NCBI RefSeq assembly: GCF_009914755.1
Contig: NC_060935.1
Source: the human T2T-CHM13v2.0 reference genome, Homo sapiens
Strand: one strand, 5' to 3'
Length of the DNA stretch: 64,000 nt
Of this stretch, positions 24,235 to 37,207 are shown piece after piece (position 1 is the stretch's first letter; the number at the start of each line of letters is the position of its first letter). The translations under genes and the position numbers were made by a program. The notes below the pieces were generated by a model. That model had not been told where the DNA came from and did no database searches. It saw nothing but the letters and a program-made list of their open reading frames with translations.

Positions 24235-26035
24235 AACATTTGTATTTGTATTTTGGTCTTCTGTAGAGCTTTTTTTTACCCAGATATCTATCAAATTTGT
24301 AGAGCATATCATGTTTACTTACATATAAATTATTTGAGAGATATCATTGTGGGGAAAGGGGGATGTATGCATGTGGTAGAGATTTTAATCTTTCGTATGA
24401 GACAAGGATAATTTCCTCCCATTCATTGTGTAGATACATATTTGTGACCTTCATGCAACCAACTATTCTAGTGGTGTTAAATGATAAATTTAGTTTTTTT
24501 TGTAACTTCCAATATTTGGAATTGCAAAGTTTTACTCTCAGGAATAATGACTAGTTCTGAGTTAAATTTGTTTTCCTTATTTCCTCCAATCAGGTGATAT
24601 ATAAAGATCCCAAGTTAGCATCAATGGAGGTGTTTCAGACTCAGATGTACCCACTAAAGAATACTTTGTCAATTAACATAAATAACTGAGTGTTGCCCAG
24701 CAACAAAAACTTTGTAAGAACTTGAATACCGGGTGACACTTTATTTTCTAAAGTCTTAATCTATGTAAAAACCTGGTTAAATGTTTGGACATATATGAAC
24801 ATTAAAGCAGTGTGGTAGGTGCTATGATAGAAGAATGTATGAAATTTCAGGAAAGAATAATAGAAAGGACTCAGTCTTGAAATTTATTCAACAGGAAGAC
24901 GAGGAAAGAAGAAGAGAGTGTTCCAAAACAAAGAAAAAGTGGGGAGGGGGAAGAATAGGGTAAGTAAGAGAGAAAAAAATGGATCCCAGGATAGGAGCAT
25001 TTCTTTTAAGAAAGATCTCATGAACTCAACCAGTGAATAAATTTTCTGGGAGTACACATGGTCTAGAGCTCCATGGGGCCTTGTATCAGAAGGGCAGATA
25101 TCATCATCTTTGCGTACATTACAGACAGAGTTCCAAGAAATGCTTGAGAAGGTTCCATTTCTTCTTTCTTGTGACATTTTCTGATCATTAAGTTAATACC
25201 TGCTTGCTACAAAGAAGCAGAAAAAAATCTAAAGTAGAAAATAGAAGTCACAATAATCCCATGACCCAGATATATAACCAGTGTTTTGTTCTCCCAAGGT
25301 TTCAATATAGTAAGGAATTTCCAAATAATGAAATCTCGAGTCATTTACCTGGGAAATCCAGTGATACAAATAGACATGAATAGAAACAAGAAGCTCCTTA
25401 TAAAATGTATTTTTTAAAGTTTAGTATCTGAGACAAACCTATACACGTAATAAAGCACTTGCCTACCAATAACTCTATCACTGCCCTATTCTCTGTTATT
25501 TTTGTAGATAGGGAAAGGGGAAGGCTTGATCTGGGAAAGCTGGAGAAAGAAGACTGAAGGATGGACTGGATGACATTGATGCTATTGCCTCATGACAAAA
25601 TCTGATGCAAGTAAGCCAGGGCAACTTCATGAGACTTTGGAATATCTTTGTATCTTTGAGGCCAGGTGAAGAAACCTCTCCACTGAAGCAGGCAGCCACT
25701 CTAGCCCCCAGACCCCAGCAATGTAGCTATGGCATGAGGTAGGAAGTAATGAGTGCATCTGCAGGCAGTACCCTGAGTGTGGATGTTGGTATTGTTCTGA
25801 CAGGCAGTGGCAGCTGTGCACCCCCAAGTGGTTTGCAAGAAGTATTTGCAAGTAGACAAATTGGAGCTTTCAGAGGAGTAGAATGTAGAATAAGTTGTGT
25901 GAATGTGGAAACTAGCTGATCAGCTGAATTATGTTCTCCTTTGGGAAATGCTTTGAATCAAATCAATTTTCTTATAAGCAAGCTAGACTTCAACGTTTTT
26001 TTCTTACTTCATATGATATCTGAAATATATACATA

Positions 26036-26052
26036 TGTGTGTGTGTGTGTGT
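26036..26052 (+). repeat. Short (TG)n microsatellite
   Basis: Directly visible. Confidence 0.85.
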
Positions 26053-28995
26053 ACAACATACCTTTTTCATTGCCCTTGGTTCTGTAAATGATTTTTAAGC
26101 ACGTTTTCTATTTGATTAATCAATCATGAGTATCTAATTAATAATGGTAAACAATGATCTATGTAATGTTTCTGGAGTCCATGTATTGAGTACTATGTGA
26201 TTAAGTTTTGAAACCTCCTAGTTGAGGTGCTACAGATAGTAAGGATGTTTATCAAGATTATGCTAAAACAATGGCATTCCTATTTTTTATGTGACTTGCC
26301 ATCCATTTCGGTTTTTACCCAATGTAAAGGCCTCACTGTGTTCCAAGATGTGTAGACAGTGGAACACACTTTTCATAATGCCAGTGAGGCAGGAAAACTG
26401 CCTGAGCATAGACCACTCAAAGCAGACACATAACAGGAGCAATCACATCTCTCACTCAGACAGGCAATGATTCTTGAGTACTAGTTTTCATAAGACATTT
26501 TGCAGCTAAGGTTGAAGGAATTCATCTTTCTTGTAGAACAACTGCAGACTAAGGCCTCTTATTCAATAGCTGTAAGCCTACAAATATAAGGAATCAACAT
26601 CCCTGGGAAGTCCTGCTTTGGAGAACACAAAGATGACTAGTAACAGGAGTGACACAGGAAGAAAAGAGACTATTTTTTTTTTTCAGCTACACCAGGCAAA
26701 AAGGATTTTTACCAGATCTCAGAAAGATAGTATGAGATTTAGAACCCTACTCTATGTGGTGTATCATGCTAAAATTAAAATAGTAGGCTATATATACTTA
26801 TTATTTAGTTGGGCTCAGCCTATACTTTCTGTTATGTTTATAGAATCCTGCATTAACAAAGAGACCAACTCCTCCAAGTTTTATTTTAGCTAGATAGTTG
26901 GGCCTGGAAGACATCGCTTGTTGAAGTGAAGATTTGGTGTTTAGACTGAGCAGACTAGATGTTGCTTAGAAGGATTTTACATTATTGGGGATGTGAGGCA
27001 GAGATGGGGGGGATGCGAGTGATACCTTTCCCCCATCAATAAAAGAAATTGGGTATGTTTTCTGAAGCCATGAGGAATGGAGTGCCCTTTCCCTACCCCT
27101 GTTCACTCCCCTACATTCTTCCTCTCTCCCTGAAGGAGTTATAAATATTAGTGTACAAAGAAAGAGTGTAGGAAACATAACTCTATATTTATAGCTCAAC
27201 TGATTTGTCTCTGAGTTCTGTATCCTGTTGAGCTTGTGGGATGCAGCTTGCTCTCTTTGCCTCCCTCCAAGACTGTGCTACAGTTTTCCCAACTACATCA
27301 TTGGGGTGGGAGGGCAGCAGTGGTAATGTCATAAAACCCTCTGGTCCTTGTTTCATTGTCCTGGTCCATGAGGAGCTTCAGTCTCAATCATTTTGTGCTA
27401 CATTTAGGGAATCAGAATCTTACAAAATGCTTCCTATTTCATGTGCATCCAAATGCACCACATGACTCTTTTTTGGTGGGGGCGGGGAGGGGATTACCTT
27501 CTCCCGGTAATGCTGCCAGAAAGCCAAGTAGAGGGTGAACCTACTGCAGGTTCCATTCTCTCTCCCTACCTCTGCTACACCAGATGAGTCTCATTCTAGT
27601 CAACAAATGAGGGAGGGTTGGGAAACAATACTTCTGTTCCAAAATATTCTGTCCGTATATTTACCTGTCTTTGCTCTTTAGACAAACAGAAACTTACAGA
27701 TGTTTTTGTTTTCTTCCTGACACATACCTTCCCTAAGGTAAGAAACATAGAGCAAGACACAAGCTTAAATGTGGTAAAGGGAAAAGGGAATGTCCAGAGA
27801 GACAAAAATTACATGTAAGCCAATATCTCAAAATATGTTAGCAATTGCAATTTTTGGCCTATGTAATTATTTGTTATGGCAGGTTTCTAAGCAGTTACTT
27901 CTGTTGTATTTATTTAGTAGCCTGATGGGTGGCTAGGCACAGCTTGTGAAGCCAGGGCTCAGAAAGTATAGAGAAGGAGGCTAGCAGACCTGCCCACACT
28001 CTGGGTGTGAACATTGTGAAGGAAAGCAGTGGGGAGAAGCAGCTCCTTGCTTTTCCCTGGTATGATGGTACAAAGAGCACAGGTTCTACAATTAGAAAAA
28101 CCTGCATTCACATACTTTTCCACTTACTGGTTATTTGATTTTGGGTAAGTCACTTATTGATGGTTGACAGAACTTGGACAGTAGTTTTACTGAAGTAGGG
28201 CGATATTTTGTTTTGTTTTTTCATCTTTATATCCTCAGAGATGAGCACACTGATGAAACATACTTGGCATGCAATAAATATGTGGAATGGATGTACATAG
28301 TTTAATACTTCACAACTTCAGTTTTCTTATTGATGGGAAGTGATAATAGCACCTGCTCCTGGGAAGATTTAGGAAAGCTCCACATGTAAATAAGTCTGGC
28401 AAACCCCAAAAGGGCAGGCATTCAGTAAACAATTATTTCTCCCTTCCTTTTCCCCTCTCCCCTTTGTCTTTTCTCCTACATTTCCTCCCGTATTTCACTC
28501 CCTAGTGACTGCCCATAATTGGTGTTTTTATTCATAGTAGGCATAGTGTCCCTCTATTGATTAACTCATAAATAGTCATCATCGTTATCAACACTGGCAG
28601 CATAAATAGAAGTTGAATGTCTAATCTGTGAGACAGTAGGCTGCTTATATTTTCAACAGCTTTGGAGTAAGAGCAACCCCTATCTCCTCCACCACGTCTC
28701 CATCCACCTGATACCTCACTGCCACTAACCCAGGAAAATGAACTGCTTCTTTCTCTCTTTTGAAGAAGGAAATTCTGTCCTTTAATAAAACCTGACTGTC
28801 TTCCCATTTGTGATTCTAATCTGTCATCCATCTAAATCATTTGATTTTTTTTCTCAAAGTTTTTCTTTTTATAGTTCTTCAGAGTTACTCAGTTTTAAAA
28901 AACCCTCCCAAAGAATGCCACTTTGTAAATATCATTATATGTGGCTTATAATTTATATGTATGTATTTTATTTATAACAGGTTAATTCCTTAAGG

Positions 28996-29341
28996 TAGTG
29001 GTCCTCAACCTTTTTGGAACCGGGGACTGATTTGGTGAAAGACAATTTTCCCACAAACAAGGGTCGGTGGGGTGTGGAAGGGGGTGATGGTTTCAGGATG
29101 AAATTTTTCTACCTCAGATCATCGGGTATTAGATTCTCCTAAGGAGTGTGCAACCTAGATCCCTTGCATTTGCGGTTCACAATCGGGTTTGCGCTTCTAT
29201 GAGAATCTAATGACGCCACTGATCTGACAGGAGGTGGACCTCATGCGGTAATGTTCACTCACTCACTTCGTGCTCTGCGACCTGGTTCCTAACAGGCTGT
29301 GGACTGGTACTGGTCCACAGCCCAGGGGTTGAGGACTTCCG
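28996..29341 (+). mobile_element. MER1B hAT-Charlie DNA transposon
   Basis: Termini (C/T)AGTGGTCCTCAACC..GGTTGAGGACTTCCG with a typical MER1 body. 8-bp near-TSD CCTTAAGG / ACTTAAGG. Confidence 0.9.
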
Positions 29342-30119
29342 ACTTAAGGTGTAAAACTTTGAGTAGGTAATGTCAATTTCTATAACTTAGAACAGCGATT
29401 TTTAAACTTTGAGAAATAAAACCCCCTTTTTGCCCACAGATAAATGCTAAATATAATTATATTTTTCTAAGGTCAAATTTGTTAATATAATTCAAAATCG
29501 TATTTAGTTTACTATAGAGCAAGTCAATACAAGTAAGAATTTCTATAATGAATACAAATATTTGGAGTTGGGAATTATAATACTAGTTTTACAATTTTAC
29601 ATCAGTCTCAGCAACCTGTTTATTTCTGTATTTCATGGGGCTTAAAGCTGGGAAAGATTCTGATCCTTACAGATAAGTAATTTCAAGTGGTACTGGTTAT
29701 GCAATCTGTGATTGCATAACCTTGTATGCCTTTTGCAATCATAGATACTCTGCAAATAGTTAAAAAGCTGGAGAAGCAAGTCTAAGATCTGCGTAAGAAC
29801 CAATTAATCTGGTCTCATAAACTAACATATTGGTGGCATTGTATAACTTTCGAGGAAATGTTTACTGTAGTTTCATAATATAGTTTCATAAACGTAATTT
29901 AGTTTAGAATTGATATCAAATATTGAAAATAATTTTCCTGCAACATCTTTGGAGTCAAGTTATACCTAGAGTCACTTCAAAACCAATTGCATAAAATATT
30001 CAATGTTACTTGTTTCATGTTATTAAATTAAAAACAGTCTTTTGTAAAAAAGGCAGTTCCAATTGTCTTTGGTAGGTCTATGTTATGACCATAAAGATAC
30101 CATGCTGTTGTCATGATAA

Positions 30120-30310
30120 ATAATAACTACCTCTGTCATAACTCTTTTATATTTATATTCTCAATTGACCCTCATAAAAACACAGCAAGATAGTTGTAGT
30201 TATTATTCCCAATCTACATAGGAAGAGAAGATTATATAAATTGCTTCAAATTAAACTCCTAACTTCAAGCTAGAGATTCAAACATGGGTCTCTGTGTCCC
30301 TGAAACTCAC
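30120..30310 (-). mobile_element. MIR fragment
   Basis: Diverged MIR core (tattattcccaatctacataggaagag..gagattcaaacatgggtc). Confidence 0.5.
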
Positions 30311-31105
30311 AGTCATGCAGAGCCCTGGGACTGCTGTGTTGGTACAGCACATGCCCTGGCAGAATGGGAGCCTGTGTTCACTGGACACAGGGTCTATGAT
30401 TTGTTGTTTATCCTTTGTTTATTAAAAACAAACCTTTAGTATTTATAAATTTAAGAATATAGGGAATATTTATTTGTGACACTCCTTTTTCTGAGAGAAT
30501 GTAGTATCCTTTCATTTGAAGGAATGTCTTGAACATCTCAAATCAATAGAAACACAACTTCTCCTACATCTGGCTGGACTGGCTTCAAGTTTTCAGAGGA
30601 AGAGAAAAGGAACTTTACATCACTGATGTAGAATGAGAAGGTGAATAAGTATAGGAGAAATTGTTTTTTTAATCTGAAAGCACTGGTATCTAATAAACAA
30701 TAATTCTGTGCCTGTTTTCATCCTTCCTGCCTCAAATGCTTCCTGAGCAAAATGTAAGATGATCTCAGTAATCTTTATTTGTAGCCTTTAGAGTATGCTG
30801 CAGTGATGGTGATTTAGGGACTAGGAGAGTTTCATAGGGTAGAGGTCAAGATTTGAACCCAGGCAGTTGGATTCCATAGCTTGCCTTCTTAGCCACTACG
30901 CTCAATTGTTTTCCATGGTGGTAAGTATATTATTCCTAAGAGCATTCATTTTTTAAGAATTATCAGCTCTTAGAACTATTAAATATCATCCAGATTTCCT
31001 GGCTTTGTAGGTGTCCATGAAGAGGCTGGGAGACCACCAGCTGAAATGTTGCAAGATTTCTTTATTGGTCAGGAAGTTGGGTCTTTAGATATAATTCTAA
31101 TGCAA

Positions 31106-31998
31106 TGTTTTAATACTAGGGTCCTTACCTGTAATCGTTTCCTCAAATTTGATCTTGAAGTTTTTCTCATGAGATTGGCAATAAACTCTCGACGTGCCCT
31201 GATGAGGCTCCAGATAAGGTAGTCATGGATGTTGCTTCTTTATCCTGGTAGGTGTTCTCATGCCTTAGTGTCTCATCTGTGACCAGGAATTCCCCTCACA
31301 GAAAATTTGCTTGTACTGGCAGATGCCCTGTGGCTCTTGTCTGACCTGTGTTCAGTTTATTCCTACCAAGATAACCACTCTCTGAGATAGCTCTGATTGG
31401 GAGGAGAGTTAGATTCAGGGGTATCCATCAGGTGAGACGCAGAAGAGGCAACTCAACAAAACACATGAAGTAACAGAAGCAGCGTTATTACTTATAGATC
31501 CGAGAGAAAAGAGGGTAGCAAGCCTCACAGGGCTAACAGCAAGTGGGGAGTCACTGGGGATATGCACACCCAACCACTGCATGGAGAGCAAGAGAGAAAG
31601 AGTGAGAAATCAGTGGGCCAATCCTTTACAGGGTTTTACTTAAGCAGGATTCCCAAGGGCAGTTCTAATTGATGGGTTTACAACAAGCAGGCATGAGTTC
31701 CTTGGAATCATGCTGTGACTGAAAGGTGGTCACTGTGGCACCTCTGTGCATCCCATGTGGGGTGTGAGGGTCAGTTGGACAAGTCAAGTAGGTTGTATCT
31801 ATCTTTCCACAGGGATGTGGTCACCAGAAGGTGTTTGTATAAGGCATATAATCTGGATCAATCACATTGAAGAACTGGGAGAGGTGGAGAACTGGAAACT
31901 TTGTCAAGGGTTAGTAAAACTTGATTCTGTTGTGATAAATTCTAATTTATATTCAAAATGCATGCTGAGCCAACATATAATTATAAAAATTCACTATA
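31106..31998 (-). mobile_element. MER54A-like ERVL solo LTR (~890 bp)
   Basis: The reverse complement begins TATAGTGAATTTTTATAATTATATGTTGGCTCAGCATGCATTTTGAATATAA, matching the recalled MER54 start. Internal ctgtggctcttgtctgacctgtg motif. Confidence 0.7.
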
Positions 31999-32074
31999 TT
32001 ACCATATTAAAGTCTCTAAATTGGATGGGCTACAAGGAGTCCATAAACCCCCAAAATAGTATGTAAAATGTGTA

Positions 32075-34543
32075 AATCATCAAAATGCTAATCTGCCACA
32101 ATCAAGTAGACTTTATTCCCGGGATGCAAGACTGGCTCAACATATGCAGATCAATAAATGATTCATCACATAAACAGAAATAAAAACAAAAACTACATGA
32201 TTATCTCAGTAGATACAGAAAAGGCTTTTAATACAATTCAACATCCCTTCTAACAACCCTCATCAAACTAGGTATTGAAGGTGCATAACTCAAAATAATA
32301 AGAGACATCTACTCCAAACACAGAGTCAACATCATAACAAACAGGCAAAGCTAGAAGCATTCCCCTTGAGAACTGGAGCAAGACAAGGACACTCACTCTC
32401 ACCACTCCTATTCAACATACTACTGGAAGTCCTAGCCAGGCGAGAGAAAGAAATAAAAGACACCCATATAGGAAAAGAGAAAGTCAAACTATCTTTCTTC
32501 AGACACAATATGATACTATGCCCAGAAAACCCCATAGTCTCTTCCCAAATGCTCATAAATCTGATAGACAACTTCAGCAAAATTTTAGAATGCAAAATCA
32601 ATGTACAAAAATCAGTAGCATTTCTATATACCAATAACATCTAAGCTGAGAGGCAAATCATGACTGTAATCCCATTCACAATAGGCACAAAAACAACAAA
32701 ATATCTAGGAAAACAGCTAACTAGTGAGGTGAAAGACCTCTACAATGAGAACTATAAAACACTGCTGAAAGAAATCAGAGATGACACAAACAAATGGAAA
32801 AACATTTCCTGCTCATGAATAAGGAGAATTGACATTGTTAACATGGCCATACTGCCCAAAGCAATTTACAGGTCCAATGCTATTTCTTTCAAACTACCAA
32901 TGACATTTTTCACAAAATTAGAAAAAAAAATTCTAAAATTCATTTGGTACCAAAAAAGAGCTGGAATAGCCAAAGCAATCCTAAGCAGAAAGAACAAACC
33001 TGAAGGCATCACACTACCTGACTTCAAACTGTACTGTAAGGCTACAGTAAATAAAACAGCATGGCTGGTTCAAAAACAAACACATAGACCAATGGAACAG
33101 ATTAAAGAACCCATAAATAAAGCTGCACACTACAACCATCTGATCTTTGACAAAGCCAACAAAAACAAGCAATAGGGAAAGTACTCCTTGTTCAATAAAT
33201 GCTGCTGGGATAACTGGGTAAACATATGCAGAAGAATAAAACTGGACCCCTACCTTTCACCATGTACGAAAAGCAACTCAGGATGGATTAACGAGCAAAA
33301 TGTAAAATGTAAAAATATAAAAACCCTAGGATAAAATCTGGGGAATACCATTCTGGGCTCAGCCAAGACAATGACTAAAGGACAAAGACTTTAAAAGCAA
33401 TTGCAACAAAACCAGAAATTGACAAGTGGGAGATAATTAAAATAAAGAGCTTCTTTACAGCAAAGGAACTACAACAGAGTAAAGAGACAACCTACAGAAT
33501 GGGAGAAAATAACCAGAAATTGATAAGTGGGAGCTAATTAAAATAAAGAGCTTCTTCACAGCAAAGGAACTACAGCAGAGTAAAGAGACGACCTACAGAA
33601 TGGGAGAAAGTATTTGCAAACTATGCATCTGACAAAGGTCTAACATCCAGGATCTATGAGGAACTCAAACAAGTCAACAAGCAGAAAACAACCCTATTAA
33701 AAATGGGCAAAGGACATGAACAGATACTTCTCAAAAGAAGACATACACATGGCCAACAAGCATATGAAAAAGGGCTCAATATCACTGATTATTAGGGAAA
33801 TGCAAATTAAAACCACAATGAGATACCATCTTACACCAGTCAGAATGGCTATTTTTAAAATTTTCAGAAGGCAACAGATGCTGGCTGAGTTGCAGAGGAA
33901 AGGCAATGCTTATACACTGTTGGTGGGAAACTAAAGTAGTTCAGCCACTGTTGAAAGCAGTTTGGAAATTTCTCAAAAAATATAAAATAGAACTACCATC
34001 TACCATTCAACTCAGCAATCCCATTACTGGGTATATAACCAAAGGATTATAAATTGTTCTACCGTAAAGACACATGAAGGTATATGTTCACTGCAGCGCT
34101 ATTCACAATAGCAAAGATATGGAGTCAACCTAAATGCCCATCAGCGATTAACTGGATAAAGAAAATGTGATACATACACACCATGTAATACTACATAGCT
34201 ATAAAAAATGAGATCATGGCCTTTGTAGCAATATGGTTGTAGCTGGAAGCCATTATCCTAAACAAATTAACTGGAACAGAAAACCAAATATCACATGTTC
34301 TTACTTATAAGTGGGTGCTAAACATTGAGTACCCATGGACACAGCAAAGGAAACAGTAGACACTGGAGCCTATTCGAGGGTGGAAGGTGGGAAGGAGGGC
34401 AAGGATTGAAATACTACTTATCAGTAGTATGCTGATTACCTAGATGATAAAATCATCTGTACTCCCCTGTGACACAGAATTTACCTGCACATGTACCCCT
34501 TGAACCTAAATAAAAGTTGGAAAGAAAATAAATAAAAAATAAA
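32075..34543 (+). mobile_element. L1PA15/16-like 5'-truncated L1 (RT to 3'UTR), inserted in a MER103C-like element
   Basis: ORF2 remnants ([19 protein letters not shown]; [10 protein letters not shown]; [21 protein letters not shown]), 3'UTR and A-rich tail. Flanks ~32010-32074 and ~34545-34630 resemble MER103C halves. Confidence 0.88.
33410..33611 (+). repeat. 101-bp tandem duplication within L1 ORF2
   Basis: Copies at 33410-33510 and 33511-33611, with 6 mismatches by manual alignment. Confidence 0.95.
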
Positions 34544-34859
34544 ACTTGTACATGTGTAGTACATTCTTCTGGGAAGAAAATCATAGCTTTTTACCCTATT
34601 TATAATCCAAAAAATGTTAATAATAATCTTACACAAATGGATTTATTGATTGTAAATATTGCAAACATATTACACTCAAAGGATAACCTATTTTTGTTAA
34701 ATTATTATTAGTAATAACATTTGGGCAAGATTATTAATTAAAATGGGTTAGAATCTGTAATGTCACTAGAGTAATGATGAACTATACATCTATTTATCTA
34801 TGTATCATTATCATCTATCTACTAATATATCTATGATGTGTTTTGTTTTATAATGGTTT

Positions 34860-35060
34860 ATGATTCACAAGTGCTTTTGTCATGTATTATCTCATTTAAT
34901 CCAATGTCAATCTTGTAAGTGGGTTAGTATTATTACCATTTTCATAATTAAGAAAAAATATTTCAGAAAATTCCCAACCTACTGTTATTAAGTAGGAGAG
35001 CTAGGATTCAAATCTAGGTCTATAAACCTCCAGCCCCAACAGTTTTCAACACTGACATGA
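34860..35060 (-). mobile_element. MIR
   Basis: tattatctcatttaatcc..gagctaggattcaaatctaggtct. Confidence 0.65.
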
Positions 35061-35149
35061 CTCATCTTTCTATTTATTTTATTAACTTATTGAGAAATAA
35101 TGGAGAACCAGAAAACCTGCATAAATCTCAAGGAATTTGCTGTTATTTC

Positions 35150-36540
35150 TGTTTTTATTCCTTTATATATAAGAGGTCTTAGAAAAATTAATCTCTGGGT
35201 GCTTTTCAAATTTTCTCTTTATCTTAGTTTTGAGACTTTTCATTATCTTATACCTTGGTGTAGTTTGCATTGTGTTTTGTCTTCTTGCAGTTCATCAAGC
35301 TTCTTATCGTTTTCATTAGATATAGGAAAATTTGGCCTTCATGTACTTGAATACTTTTTCAGCTCATTCCTCTCCTTCAAGGACTAGCAATTACATAATA
35401 TTAGGCTGCTAGAAGTTTTCTATAGATCACTGCTTTTTTGTTTTTGTTTTTCTTTCTGTGTTTAATTTTTAGTAATTTCTACTTCTATTTCAAGTTCATT
35501 AATCCATTCCTCTGCAATGCCCGATCTGCCATTATTCCTATCTGGTGTATTTTTCATTTCAGACACTAATTTTCATTCCTAGAAGGTAAGTTTTTAATTT
35601 TTTATATTTTCCATGTTGCTACTTAGCATCTTAAACATATGGAATACGTAAAGTACTCATTTAATGTCTTTGTCTACTGCTTTAAACATCTGTGCCAGTT
35701 CTGGTTGTTTTGATTGATTGAATTTTTTTCTTTATGATTTGTATTTGTTTATTTCTTTGCATTCTTGCCAATTTTAATCAGCTACCTGACATTGTGAATT
35801 TTACCTTTTTGGATGCTAGATATTTTTGTATTACTACTAATGTTCTTGAGCTTTGCTGTGAGTGCAGTTAAGTTACTTGCAAATGGTTTGATCTTTTTTG
35901 GTCTTGCTTTTAAAATTTATTAGGTGGGCTCAGAGTGGTGATTTATTTAGCACTAATCATGCCCCTGCTGAGGCGAGACACTTCTTGTACTCTACCCAGT
36001 GCTCCATGAATGAGGTTTTCTGGTCCGGCTGGCAGGAAAAGGCACTATCTCTTGTCCTTGTATGAGTACTCAGCACTGTTGCTTCTAAACCTTTTGGATG
36101 TTATTTTTTTTTCTTTTTCCCACTGCTTTGAGTAGTTTTCAAACATACATAAATTTATCAATATGCTGCTGAATGCTCAAGGGGACCCTACAGAGGTCTC
36201 TATTGTTCTCTGTGCAGCCTTCTCCTCCTCAGTACTCTGTCTTGCCAATTCCAGCTACTTTGGTATTTCTGGACTCTCATGCCAACTTCTCAACTCTGAG
36301 AGTCTACCAGGCTCTGCCTAGGTTCCTACCTCCCTCTGTTGTATCTTAGAAATTATCTCAAAGCAGTTAAGCTGAGGAATTTGTAGGGCTCACCTTATTT
36401 GTTCCCAGTTTCTGTCCTTCACTGCCTGATATTCAATGATTGGGACCATTGTTTTACATAGTAAGTCAAGCATTTGGTTTTTTTCAGACAAAGAGGTAAA
36501 TGCACTCGCTATCCCTCCATCTTGACCAGAAGCAGAAGTC
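35150..36540 (-). mobile_element. Old L1 (L1MC/ME-like) 5'UTR/ORF1 region
   Basis: The 5' end reads GACTTCTGCTTCTGGTCAAGATGG on the minus strand, followed by diverged ORF1-region motifs. Confidence 0.6.
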
Positions 36541-36970
36541 TCTTATCCTATTGTTGTTCATCTATGTCAACTCAGAAGAGCTTTGAAAAAATAAAATAGT
36601 GCTGTCCTTTTTTGTTCCTTGCTAACTTGTATATTCACAATATAACTTTCTGTCTGTAGGCTTACTGTATGTGTTGGAACTAGAACAACTATGTCTTATC
36701 CAGTGTGCAACCCCATCACATAATACAATTTCCAGTAGATAATATTCTCTGTATAAATGTTTGAGTGCGCAAATGAATAAATTAATAAATATATAAAACC
36801 CAAGTCTTCCTGGGGGAAGGAGATGCAAATATGATGGTTGTATAATACATACAGTTTTAATGTGTATTTCATACAATAAAATTGAAATAGAAATGAAAAA
36901 AAGGAATGTAGAAAAGAAATGCAAAAGCGACTTGCAAATGTTATTAGCACTTGCTTAGAAGTGAAGAGGG

Positions 36971-37031
36971 GCCACTGCACTCCAGCCTGGGCGACAGAGC
37001 TACACTCCATCTCAAGAAGAAAAAAAAAAAA
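36971..37031 (+). mobile_element. Ultra-short Alu 3' end (~60 bp)
   Basis: GCCACTGCACTCCAGCCTGGGCGACAGAG..CTC plus A-tail. Perfect 12-bp TSD AAGTGAAGAGGG at 36959-36970 and 37032-37043. Confidence 0.92.
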
Positions 37032-37151
37032 AAGTGAAGAGGGAACCTGAGCCTTCCAAAAAGAAATGGAGCATGTGGTGGGCCAGACTCCCAAGGGAAA
37101 AGGGAGTGTACATCCTTTCAAATCCACCTCTTTTTTCATTTCTGCCTTGTT

Positions 37152-37207
37152 TATCTCTCTCTCTGTCTCTCTCTCTCTGCCCACCTCCCGTCTTTCTCTC
37201 TCTCTTC
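37152..37207 (+). repeat. (CT)n-rich low-complexity tract
   Basis: Directly visible. Confidence 0.8.

Noticed and set aside
24570-24690. Acceptor-like ttcctccaatcAG followed by a short open frame
   Set aside because: Weak donor and an early stop, so insufficient evidence.
29695-29721. Hairpin as a microRNA precursor
   Set aside because: The stem is only 12 bp and does not extend to pre-miRNA length.
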